64,000 nt of DNA, from the IMG/VR virus record IMGVR_UViG_3300017766_003100, positions 64,001 to 128,000 of that record; one strand, given 5' to 3'. Of this stretch, positions 10,686 through 19,651 are shown piece by piece. The notes under the pieces were generated by a model that worked only from the letters and a program-made list of their open reading frames with translations, had not been told where the DNA came from and made no database searches. Position 1 is the first letter of the stretch. The number at the start of each line of letters is the position of its first letter. Source of the DNA: a virus. Taxonomy: Duplodnaviria > Caudoviricetes. Position numbers and translations under genes: made by a program.

Positions 10686-12358
10686 TGAATAAAATAACAT
10701 TAGTAACAGGATTATGGAATATTGGGAGAGATAAACTACAAGAAGGTTGGTCAAGGTCTTATCAACACTACTTGGATAAGTTCTCCCAATTATTAGAAGT
10801 TGATTGTAATTTAATTATTTTTGGTGATAATGAATTACAACAATTCGTTAATGATAGAAGAAATAATAACAATACTCAATTCATTTTAAGAAACTTGGAT
10901 TGGTTTACCAATAGTGAATTTTATCCAAAAATACAAAACATTAGACAAAAACCTGAATGGTATAATCAAGTTGGTTGGTTAAAAGATTCAACCCAAGCAA
11001 AACTTGAGATGTATAATCCTTTGGTTATGTCAAAAGTATTTTTATTACACGATGCAAAACTTTTGGATAAATTTGATTCAGAATATATGTTTTGGATTGA
11101 CGCTGGTTTAACAAACACAATTCATCCTGGTTATTTCACCCACGATAAAGTATTAGATAAATTACCAAAACATATTGGTGATTTTAATTTTGTTTGTTTC
11201 CCCTATGAAACAACAACAGAAATACACGGATTTGTCATTTCTGAAATGAATAGATTAACTAATTCAAAAGTTAATAAAGTCGCAAGAGGTGGATTCTTTG
11301 GTGGAAAGAAAGAAGTTATATCTGAAATAAATTCAATATATTATCAATTATTATCAGATACATTAAATAGGGGTTATATGGGGACTGAAGAAAGTATATT
11401 CACTTTGATGGTTTATCTATTTCCAAATTTGGTAACTTATTTTGATATTGAACCAAATGGATTGATGGGTAAGTTCTTTGAGGATATTAAGGTTGATAAG
11501 TTACAACCCAAAAAAGAAAAAAAATTAAATCAAGTTCAAAATAATACCTCAATAGATAAGGTGGGTTTGTATGTTATAACTTTTAATTCACCAAAACAAT
11601 TTGAAACTTTAATCCAATCTATGTTGGAGTATGATGCTGACTTTATAAACAAACCTAAAAAATTTCTATTAGATAATTCAACAGATTTAACAACAACACC
11701 AAGATATAAAGAGTTATGTGAACAATATGGTTTTGAACATATTAAAAAAGATAACCTTGGTATAATGGGTGGAAGAATATTTGTCGCTGACCATTTTAAT
11801 GAAACAGATTTGGATTATTATTTTTGGTTTGAGGATGATATGTTCTTCTATCCAAAAAATGAAACTTGTAAAAATGGTTTTAATAGATATGTTAAAAATT
11901 TATATAGGAAAAGTTTGGAGATTACTCAAAAAGAAAACTTTGATTTCCTCAAATTGAACTTTACAGAATTTTATGGTGATAATAATACACAATGGGCTTG
12001 GTATAATGTCCCACAAGATTTTAGACAAAAACATTGGCCGAATAATCCAAAATTACCACAGATGGGATTAGACCCCAATTCACCAAAAACTGAATTTAAA
12101 CATATTAAAACACATAAAGGTATTCCATATGTAAGTGGGGAAATATATTTGTGTAATTGGCCGATAATAATGAATAAGGAGGGAAACTATAAATGTTATT
12201 TGGAAACAAGATGGACGCATCCTTTTGAACAAACTTTGATGAGCTATTGTTATCAAGAAACAATTAAAGGTAATATTAAACCTAGTTTATTGTTATTAAC
12301 ACCAACTGAACATAATCGCTTCGACCACTATGATGGCAAACTTAGAAAAGAAAATTAA
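10685..12358 (+). CDS. Two-domain glycosyltransferase: HtrL/YibB (WlaTC)-like domain plus GT-A-like domain
   Basis: ITLVTGLWNIGR, YMFWIDAG and GGFFGG...GTEESI fit the HtrL family; the second half has LYVITFNSP and FWFEDD. Confidence 0.6.
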   Translation: MNKITLVTGLWNIGRDKLQEGWSRSYQHYLDKFSQLLEVDCNLIIFGDNELQQFVNDRRNNNNTQFILRNLDWFTNSEFYPKIQNIRQKPEWYNQVGWLKDSTQAKLEMYNPLVMSKVFLLHDAKLLDKFDSEYMFWIDAGLTNTIHPGYFTHDKVLDKLPKHIGDFNFVCFPYETTTEIHGFVISEMNRLTNSKVNKVARGGFFGGKKEVISEINSIYYQLLSDTLNRGYMGTEESIFTLMVYLFPNLVTYFDIEPNGLMGKFFEDIKVDKLQPKKEKKLNQVQNNTSIDKVGLYVITFNSPKQFETLIQSMLEYDADFINKPKKFLLDNSTDLTTTPRYKELCEQYGFEHIKKDNLGIMGGRIFVADHFNETDLDYYFWFEDDMFFYPKNETCKNGFNRYVKNLYRKSLEITQKENFDFLKLNFTEFYGDNNTQWAWYNVPQDFRQKHWPNNPKLPQMGLDPNSPKTEFKHIKTHKGIPYVSGEIYLCNWPIIMNKEGNYKCYLETRWTHPFEQTLMSYCYQETIKGNIKPSLLLLTPTEHNRFDHYDGKLRKEN

Positions 12359-12386
12359 AAAAGGGTGAGAAATCACCCTTTTTTTT
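12357..12386. terminator. Bidirectional intrinsic terminator
   Basis: AAAAAAGGGTGA-GAAA-TCACCCTTTTTT(TT) between convergent genes. Confidence 0.9.
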
Positions 12387-13908
12387 ATGATTTTATAAAT
12401 CGATATGTTGTATAATTTTTATCTGTCTCAACAACAATATTATAAACTCCAACACCAAAATTATCTAAACTTAACATTTCTATATTAGAAATCAAAAATA
12501 TATTAGGTCTTGAATAAACTAACTGACCCATATTATTATAAATTTTTAAATTAAAAGTTTCACCCTTAACACTAAAATTTTCTAATATCAAATTATTATC
12601 TTTTGTGTAAATAAGAACATCATTTAATTTTGGGTCATTTATTGCAACCGCGGATATGTCAGAATATAACATTTGACCATCTTCAAACCATTTTAATCTG
12701 TAATAAGTAAATCCATTTGGTTTGGGAAAATTGTCATTAAAATCATAATATCTTTTTCCTAAGTTTGTGACATTAACAATACCAATAGAATCAAAATTAA
12801 TTCCATCTAATGATTTTTCAATAATAAACCCATCAATATAGTCATCAACAATAACATCCCAAGTTAAATAAACATCTTTATAATCTTTTCTATATTCGGC
12901 ATTAAATGATAATAATTCAAGGGGAAATAATACACAATCCAATGTTGCAGTACCACCAAATAATAATTGATAACCATTGCCAGTATTAGATAACCACTCA
13001 TCTACTACCAAATAATAAGTTTGACCTGCAGTTACATTCATTTGAGCTAAAAACCCATCTCCTGTAACACTTTCAACATTATCAACTGCTGTTGTATTTA
13101 ATCCAGTATTTCCAGTATTGCCTGAGTCTGAACATCTTAATGGAGTTCCCAAAGTACCACAAGTTACATTAGGACCATATATACTAAAGTCATAATCATC
13201 GGTATTTGTTTGTGGGTCAATTGTAAATCTAAGAGTACCACTAGATAATATTTCAAATTGATACCAATTAGAGTGGTTTTCACCACCAGCAGGACAAGTA
13301 GTACCAACACATCCTTCAGCTGTAAGTCCAGGTCCTCTTGCATTTACATTGGTTGTTATGTCTGAACAAATAAAAGTTGCTCTTGAGCAATCATTATTAT
13401 CTGTTATATTTGGGCCATTAGTAGGTGTTGCACAAGGGACACAAGACAATGAAGCACTCCATCCTGCGTCAGTTATTGACCCATCAGAAGTGAATCTAAA
13501 AGTTAAACATCCACTAGGATTGTTAGCTGTATATGTAAATGGTACGGCAGGTGCTCCTGAAATTCTACCATTTGGTACTGTGGCTGGAGGTGTTGTAAAT
13601 ACTGGTGAATTTTGGGTTGCACCATTACCTATGGTTAAAAAATCAAAACCAGTTTCAGTTCTAAATGAATTAAATGTCACCCTAACACAATTACCAGGGA
13701 TTGTTGGACAAAATACACGATAAAGTCCACCAAGAATACTATTTGAGTAGTTACCTCCAGCACCACCATTATCAAGATAAGTTCCACTACAAGTAGATAC
13801 TAAACAATTGGTAACTCTTTCTCCTTGAATACCTGTTGTACCATGTAGATAGGTTTGTGACCATAATAGGGAGGGAATAAAAATAAGTAGTAGTAAAATG
13901 TTTTTCAT
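12385..13908 (-). CDS. Secreted CUB-domain protein with a T9SS type A-like C-terminal sorting domain
   Basis: Signal peptide MKNILLLLIFIPSLLWS|Q. CUB-like segment (CSGTYLDNGG.GGNYSN...VRVTFNSFRTETGFDFLTI). Ig-like PLELLSF...YYRLK module. C-terminal IYNNMGQLV...GVYNIVV...RFIKS. Confidence 0.8.
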   Translation of the reverse strand: MKNILLLLIFIPSLLWSQTYLHGTTGIQGERVTNCLVSTCSGTYLDNGGAGGNYSNSILGGLYRVFCPTIPGNCVRVTFNSFRTETGFDFLTIGNGATQNSPVFTTPPATVPNGRISGAPAVPFTYTANNPSGCLTFRFTSDGSITDAGWSASLSCVPCATPTNGPNITDNNDCSRATFICSDITTNVNARGPGLTAEGCVGTTCPAGGENHSNWYQFEILSSGTLRFTIDPQTNTDDYDFSIYGPNVTCGTLGTPLRCSDSGNTGNTGLNTTAVDNVESVTGDGFLAQMNVTAGQTYYLVVDEWLSNTGNGYQLLFGGTATLDCVLFPLELLSFNAEYRKDYKDVYLTWDVIVDDYIDGFIIEKSLDGINFDSIGIVNVTNLGKRYYDFNDNFPKPNGFTYYRLKWFEDGQMLYSDISAVAINDPKLNDVLIYTKDNNLILENFSVKGETFNLKIYNNMGQLVYSRPNIFLISNIEMLSLDNFGVGVYNIVVETDKNYTTYRFIKS

Positions 13909-14011
13909 AATTCAATTTTTTTTAATTAATAAATGTTCGTTAAACAATATAGGTAATTTAAATGTCAATATAAATATGGTTATAATTTTTTATAAAAAAA
14001 TACCCAAACTC

Positions 14012-14042
14012 TTTGGATATTTATAAAGAACCCCTATCTTTG
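14012..14042 (+). promoter_or_regulatory. Bacteroidota primary-sigma-type promoter
   Basis: TTTG (14012-14015), 19-nt spacer, TATCTTTG (14035-14042), matching the -33/-7 consensus TTTG-N19-21-TAnnTTTG; a TATTTAT motif lies in the spacer. Confidence 0.65.
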
Positions 14043-14046
14043 TAGG

Positions 14047-14230
14047 ACAATAAATGGTTGATGACTTACCAATAAAAGTTAGGGTGATGAAAAATCATCG
14101 GTGGACGAAAAAGATACATAGGTAAAATACATCGTAAGATGGTGTCCATTGGCTCTCCAGTATAAAGCCTAACTGGCGAAACCTTGATGAGAAGTAGGAA
14201 GAAAGGATGACGTAATTGTCATCCTTTTTT
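14047..14230 (+). ncRNA. Candidate structured non-coding RNA (~185 nt), family unknown
   Basis: Bounded by the promoter and a terminator; less AT-rich than the flanking intergenic DNA; several helices; only a 23-codon ORF. Confidence 0.4.
14202..14230. terminator. Intrinsic terminator
   Basis: AAAGGATGAC-GTAATT-GTCATCCTTT followed by T residues; may also serve the convergent minus-strand gene. Confidence 0.8.
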
Positions 14231-14813
14231 AATTTTTAATGGGATTACATTTTTGATATTTTTTATCATTAAATTTTTCTCCTTTCAATTGTGTCACCAT
14301 AATAATGTCATATAATCTTTTACCTGAAAAATTTTTTTGTATTTTAATTAGATTCGTATATTCAAGGTCATTATTAAATGTTATTAACTTTAAACAAATT
14401 ACCCTCTCCGACCAATTAAAATTTTGTATGTAATTAGTTATTTTACCCATACTTGAAAAAAGTAAATCAATTCCTTCAGTTGTTGTTGGGTCAACAATAT
14501 TTGGGTTATTTTCGTATTCAGGTTCTTTTTTTCTATCTAATCTTTGTAACCAATGGTCTGAAGGTTCAATAGTAAACCCCATTTTACTATTGGTATCATA
14601 ATAATATTCATCACCATTATTTTGATTTATTTGATTATAATGAGATTCAATATAATCTAACACATCATTCTCTTTGTCCACATCAATTTTAACTGTGGCA
14701 ATACCTTCGGTGAGGATTAGATATTTTTTTAATTCATAAAAACTAATTTGTTCAACTATTGTTTTTTGAGTAAAAAATTCCTCAATTAATATTTTTCTTA
14801 TCAAATTTCTCAT
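14229..14813 (-). CDS. Hypothetical protein with N-terminal MRNLIRKILIEE motif
   Basis: 194-aa ORF; TATTTAT on the minus strand at 14820-14826. Confidence 0.6.
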   Translation of the reverse strand: MRNLIRKILIEEFFTQKTIVEQISFYELKKYLILTEGIATVKIDVDKENDVLDYIESHYNQINQNNGDEYYYDTNSKMGFTIEPSDHWLQRLDRKKEPEYENNPNIVDPTTTEGIDLLFSSMGKITNYIQNFNWSERVICLKLITFNNDLEYTNLIKIQKNFSGKRLYDIIMVTQLKGEKFNDKKYQKCNPIKN

Positions 14814-14859
14814 ATGAATATAAATACTAATTAAATGAGTATTTATATATAAAAACTGG

Positions 14860-16785
14860 ATGGAATTTTTTATAAAGAAGAACGCAACGTTACCTCTTCT
14901 TAAATTACAAGTGGTTAAGAATGGTAGATTGGACTACAACAACTTTATGAGTTTGATAGAACAATCCGCTTTATTTTTTTCTATGGTTGATACAGAAACT
15001 GGCGTTGAAAAGATTGTTTCAAGACCTGCAGGGTTTGTTGAGAAGACGAATGTTGACCCAAATACTGAAAAGGAATATTATCTGTATTATCAATTCCAAA
15101 ATAGAGATACAAATAGAGTTGGTAGATATGAAGGCCAATTTATGTTAAGAAATTCTGATGGTGTTTTAATATTACCCATTAGAGAAAAATTATATATAAA
15201 TGTTCAAGAATCTTATATTGCTGATGATTTGGAATATGATTCTTGTTACATATCTGAATTTCCTTGTTGTGTTAACGGACCTACAACTGCAATTACAATA
15301 AATTTAAATATAGTAAGTGTTGTTACGATTAGTTCAGTAAAGGTTGATTATATTGTAACATCTTCTGATATATTAACAGACACACTAACATTAAATTTTA
15401 CAAATACTTTAGGACAATTAGTTGGAACTGGTCTAACAATTTCAACAGGTATTACAATAAATGCGGGGTCAAATATTGGATTTGGTGAGGTTATATTACC
15501 TGATGATTATTATAATTTGGATGGAACTTCAAAATTTAGTAATATTTCGGTTGTTTATCCAATAGCTTACAATTTTGTGGAATCATTTAATACAATATTT
15601 CCTCCACAGCCAACACCCACACCATCACCAGTACAACAAATAATTGACGCAATTTTAACTGATGAAACTGATGTATATATTGAGGTTGGTAGTGATGAGT
15701 ATTTAAGTTATGTTGACCCTAATTTAATATATAATGTTAATGTTTACGTGACTAGTGGTTCAATTGTTACTTACTTTACAGTTACTAGTAACATTCCAAT
15801 TAATCAAAATGTTTCATTATTAGTTAATACAAAATTATATTTAATTGGTGGGGGAAGTATTGATATTGGTTCAACGGTAATAATTTCATCGAATCAAACT
15901 ACAGGTCAAACAATTACAACAAATCCATCTCTTAACTATTATTCACTTGATAGGAGTGGTGAAATATTTGTAACATCACCTGATATTGATTTTCCATTCA
16001 CCATTCTAGCTGAACCACTTCAGTTTGAACAGGAACCAAGTCCAACTCCTACGCCTACTATAACACCAACACCTACACTAACACCTACACAGACTCCGAC
16101 ACCAACACCAAGTCCAGTACTTAACCCATTTATATCTGTTTGGAGAACAACAAAACCAAGTGCAGTAATTTCATTACCATATAATCCAAGTGGTAATTAT
16201 AGTGGTACTATTGATTGGGGTGATGGGACAATAACCCCAAATGATTTTGCAAACAAAAGTCATACATATGTTGACGCTGGTGATTATATTGTAACTATTA
16301 ATGGAATTATTGATGGTTTTAGTTTCCAATTATTTAGTTCAGGTGGAGTAGGTAACTTAATTGAAATTACACGTTGGGGTTGTTTAGAAATTAGGGATTT
16401 AGGTGGGGTTTTTCAAGGTTGTATTAATTTAGTTTTGACTGGTGTTACGGATACCCTAAATTTGGCGGGTGTAACAACACTACAAAATATGTTTAATAAT
16501 TGTATTAGTATTACAACTATTAATAATCTTGATTCTTGGGAAGTTAGTGGTGTTACTAATATGAGTTCTATGTTTTATGGGGCAACATCATTCAATCAAG
16601 ATATATCAAGTTGGGATGTCAATAATGTTACTAATATGGGTAATATGTTTCAAAACGCAACCACATTCAATCAAGATTTAAGTGGTTGGTGTGTAACAAA
16701 TATACCAAGTTTACCAACTAATTTTGACTCAGGTGCTACATCTTGGGTATTACCAAAACCAGTTTGGGGAACTTGTCCCCCATAA
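14860..16785 (+). CDS. Modular virion protein: BppU-like N-terminus, Pro/Thr linkers, PKD-like segment, BspA/DUF285-type repeats
   Basis: MEFFIKKNATLP.LKLQV N-terminus; PT tracts at 15601-15630 and 16036-16116; IDWGDGT...HTY...G.Y; repeats FNQDISSWDVNNVTNM..MF. Confidence 0.65.
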   Translation: MEFFIKKNATLPLLKLQVVKNGRLDYNNFMSLIEQSALFFSMVDTETGVEKIVSRPAGFVEKTNVDPNTEKEYYLYYQFQNRDTNRVGRYEGQFMLRNSDGVLILPIREKLYINVQESYIADDLEYDSCYISEFPCCVNGPTTAITINLNIVSVVTISSVKVDYIVTSSDILTDTLTLNFTNTLGQLVGTGLTISTGITINAGSNIGFGEVILPDDYYNLDGTSKFSNISVVYPIAYNFVESFNTIFPPQPTPTPSPVQQIIDAILTDETDVYIEVGSDEYLSYVDPNLIYNVNVYVTSGSIVTYFTVTSNIPINQNVSLLVNTKLYLIGGGSIDIGSTVIISSNQTTGQTITTNPSLNYYSLDRSGEIFVTSPDIDFPFTILAEPLQFEQEPSPTPTPTITPTPTLTPTQTPTPTPSPVLNPFISVWRTTKPSAVISLPYNPSGNYSGTIDWGDGTITPNDFANKSHTYVDAGDYIVTINGIIDGFSFQLFSSGGVGNLIEITRWGCLEIRDLGGVFQGCINLVLTGVTDTLNLAGVTTLQNMFNNCISITTINNLDSWEVSGVTNMSSMFYGATSFNQDISSWDVNNVTNMGNMFQNATTFNQDLSGWCVTNIPSLPTNFDSGATSWVLPKPVWGTCPP

Positions 16786-16822
16786 TTTAAATAAATTAGA
16801 ATATTTATATATAAAAAACAAA

Positions 16823-19531
16823 ATGGCAACTTTAACAGGAAAAACAATTGGTGAATTAGCACTATTAACAGGAATAACATCAGATACATTATTTGCTGTA
16901 GAACTTAGTGGAGCAACATATCATATACCTTATTCAGGATTATCAATAGGGGGTAGAGTAACTTACGATGAGTTATATTCAATGTTCGGTAATTCAATGT
17001 TAATCCCAGGGGCATATTATTTAATTACAGATTTTCAATCAATTTATGACCAACCTGATTTTGATAAAAATGGTGACCCAATTTTAACTGGTACTTCTAG
17101 AACTGGTATAACTGAACAACTCTTGGTTTTTGCAACAAGTGTGAGCACTTTATCAGAAAAGGTTTACTCTTTGGACAATCCATATGATAAAATCACATAC
17201 GATATTAATTTCAATACCACTGAAGTTTCAAATACACCCGCAAAAGGTAGAATCACAGAAAGAATAGATGAGTTTAATAACAGAACTGATTATGACCATA
17301 GAAACATATACTTCAAAAGATATAAGTTATATACATACAGACAAGAATTACCACAGAATGGTCAAATTGAGATATTATCTGGCGGCACTGTAACAGGTAA
17401 CTCAACATCATTTACCCTTCTATCACCAAAACAAGTAATTTATTTACCTAGTTTCAATCTATATTATGAAATCACAAGTATAACTGATAATACCACAATG
17501 ACAATCTCAGGGGAAACTATAGCTGAAACTGGTGGGTATTATAATTTTTATTTAGGTATTGAAGAAACAAATGGTAGTAATGGTTATTTCTCTTACAGAA
17601 AAAATAATATTCAAGTAGATGATTTTATTGAGTATACAACTTTTGGTGATGCACTTTCTCAAAGTTATGTTAAAAATACGTTTATTGGTGATTATGCTAA
17701 CAACTATTCTCAAATAGGAATTAGTCCTTTTATTTTATCAAATAATGTGTTTTTGGAGGGTGGGTATGAAAGTAATAAAATAGGTAATTATTCAATAAAT
17801 AATACTTTTGGTACGGATAACTCTAATAATATTTTTGGAGATTATTGTATTAATAATGTATCAACCAATGATATGGATGATAATATTATTGGAAATAATT
17901 TCAGTGACAATATAATAAATACAAATTTACAAGATAATATAATTAGTAATGATTTTTCAGGTAACTTTTTATTTGGGGAAAATGGTTCTAGTTTCAGTGA
18001 AAATTTTATAGGTGAAAATTTTAGATACAACAGAATTTATTCAGGTTTTTTTGATAATAAAATTGGAAATGGTTTTGAAAGTAATTTACTTGGTGATTAT
18101 GGAAATTTAAGTAATTTCCAATTTTATGGAAATGTAATTGGGGTTAATGTTAATAGTAATTCATTTAGACAAAATTTTTACAATAATAATATAGGTAATA
18201 GTTTTTATTCTAATCAAATAAATAGTGATTTTTACAGAAACACGATTGGGGTAAATTTTAATAACAACAGAATTGGTTATGAATTTTATGATAATCAAAT
18301 GGGAACTGATTGTTATAATAATTATATATCTGAATATTTTTATAGAAACAAAATCGGAAATCAATTCTATGGGAATTATATTTCATATAATTTTAATAGA
18401 AATGAAATATCTGATGATTTTAATGGTAATAGGGCTGGTGACTTATCAAAGTGGACTTGGTATGATTTGAATAATGTTTCAGGTAGAACCTATAACGATT
18501 TTGTTTCAGCTCTTGATGGTGCTGTTGGGCATATTGTGATTGGTAAAGAATTGATAATGTGGGATACTGTAAGTAATGAATACCATAAAGTAATCTTCAC
18601 CCAATGGACACAAAATAATAATGGTGGAGGTTTCCAATATACAAGAGAGTTGATTTACCCAACTTCAGGGCCCGTAATCACATTTACTAAAACAAACTAT
18701 GGGTCTGAAGTAGATGTTATTGTTCCTGGTGTTTTAGAAATAACAAGAGGTAATAATAATCAAATCTATAATATTGCAGTTGAACCTAACGCTGGTGGAG
18801 GTTCTCCACAAGGAACACAATGGAACTCTGAATATACAACACAATTGAGTGGGGATAATTTTATCCAAAATAAAATTGGTAATTATTTTGCAAATAATAT
18901 TACCCAACAAAGATTTGGTTACAATAAGATTGGTAATAATTTTTATAACAACAATATAGCAAGTGACTTTGGATATGGTGGAGGTAACGACTATGGTAAC
19001 GTAATCGGTGAAAACTTTAATAACAATACTATAGGTGAATATTGTTATAACAATCAAATATCAAACTACTTTTTTAGTAATACTATTGGTGATTATTTCC
19101 AATGGAATGTAATTAACACTCAAATAAATAGTACAAATTTTATCACATATTATGACACAATAACTGGTTTTACATATTCAGCAACAGGTTCTTCAGCATC
19201 AGATAATACTTATAATGGTTTAACTGGTGCGACTAATGCAAATGGTATTGATGCGACTTTTGACGTTGTTGTTAGTTCAAGTGCTGTAACAAGTGTCACA
19301 ATAGTACAGACAGGTAACTATTATCAAGTTAATGATACTATTACAATATTAGGTAGTCAAATTGGTGGTACAGATGGTATTGATGATGTTGTTATAACAA
19401 TAACTCAAATTATAGAACCATCAGTTTATGAATCATATACTTGTCAAATTTTTGAAAGACAAGGTGGTGATAAAAGATTATCTTATTACGATTCATCAGA
19501 TACTTTAATAAGTACAGACGTAAATTTATAG
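16823..19531 (+). CDS. Tail-fibre-like protein with Asn-rich beta-helix repeats (start corrected from 16724)
   Basis: In-frame ATG 16823 follows TATTTAT (16802-16808) and avoids overlap with the upstream gene; many N.IG..F..N repeats. Confidence 0.6.
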   Translation: MATLTGKTIGELALLTGITSDTLFAVELSGATYHIPYSGLSIGGRVTYDELYSMFGNSMLIPGAYYLITDFQSIYDQPDFDKNGDPILTGTSRTGITEQLLVFATSVSTLSEKVYSLDNPYDKITYDINFNTTEVSNTPAKGRITERIDEFNNRTDYDHRNIYFKRYKLYTYRQELPQNGQIEILSGGTVTGNSTSFTLLSPKQVIYLPSFNLYYEITSITDNTTMTISGETIAETGGYYNFYLGIEETNGSNGYFSYRKNNIQVDDFIEYTTFGDALSQSYVKNTFIGDYANNYSQIGISPFILSNNVFLEGGYESNKIGNYSINNTFGTDNSNNIFGDYCINNVSTNDMDDNIIGNNFSDNIINTNLQDNIISNDFSGNFLFGENGSSFSENFIGENFRYNRIYSGFFDNKIGNGFESNLLGDYGNLSNFQFYGNVIGVNVNSNSFRQNFYNNNIGNSFYSNQINSDFYRNTIGVNFNNNRIGYEFYDNQMGTDCYNNYISEYFYRNKIGNQFYGNYISYNFNRNEISDDFNGNRAGDLSKWTWYDLNNVSGRTYNDFVSALDGAVGHIVIGKELIMWDTVSNEYHKVIFTQWTQNNNGGGFQYTRELIYPTSGPVITFTKTNYGSEVDVIVPGVLEITRGNNNQIYNIAVEPNAGGGSPQGTQWNSEYTTQLSGDNFIQNKIGNYFANNITQQRFGYNKIGNNFYNNNIASDFGYGGGNDYGNVIGENFNNNTIGEYCYNNQISNYFFSNTIGDYFQWNVINTQINSTNFITYYDTITGFTYSATGSSASDNTYNGLTGATNANGIDATFDVVVSSSAVTSVTIVQTGNYYQVNDTITILGSQIGGTDGIDDVVITITQIIEPSVYESYTCQIFERQGGDKRLSYYDSSDTLISTDVNL

Positions 19532-19556
19532 AAATCCGAGTTTATAATTAATAAAA

Positions 19557-19585
19557 TTGACAAGTTGTAAAGGTATCATTATACT
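19557..19585 (+). promoter_or_regulatory. Sigma70-consensus promoter of the polymerase gene
   Basis: TTGACA-17 nt-TATACT. Confidence 0.7.
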
Positions 19586-19651
19586 TATAAGGACAAGGTA
19601 AATGTCATCACTTTAGTATGACAGCTAATACACCATCTAAAATTAAGTATA

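Noticed and set aside
14047-14230. Assignment as pistol or hammerhead ribozyme, or fluoride or ZTP riboswitch
   Set aside because: Fragments resemble these (GTTAGGG/AAGCCTAA, TGATGA/GAAA, GATGGTGT, ACTGGCGAA) but helix order and spacing do not fit; left as unknown pending an Rfam scan.
7635-16116. Regular ACACCA-type and GGTGGT repeats as a CRISPR array or DNA-level satellite
   Set aside because: They are in-frame codon repeats (Pro-Thr, Gly) with variable third positions and no repeat-spacer structure.
16724-16822. ORF-track start at 16724 (likewise 36601, 54810, 52154, 55063)
   Set aside because: Upstream extensions overlap neighbouring genes or promoters; downstream ATGs fit the motif and A-rich context better.
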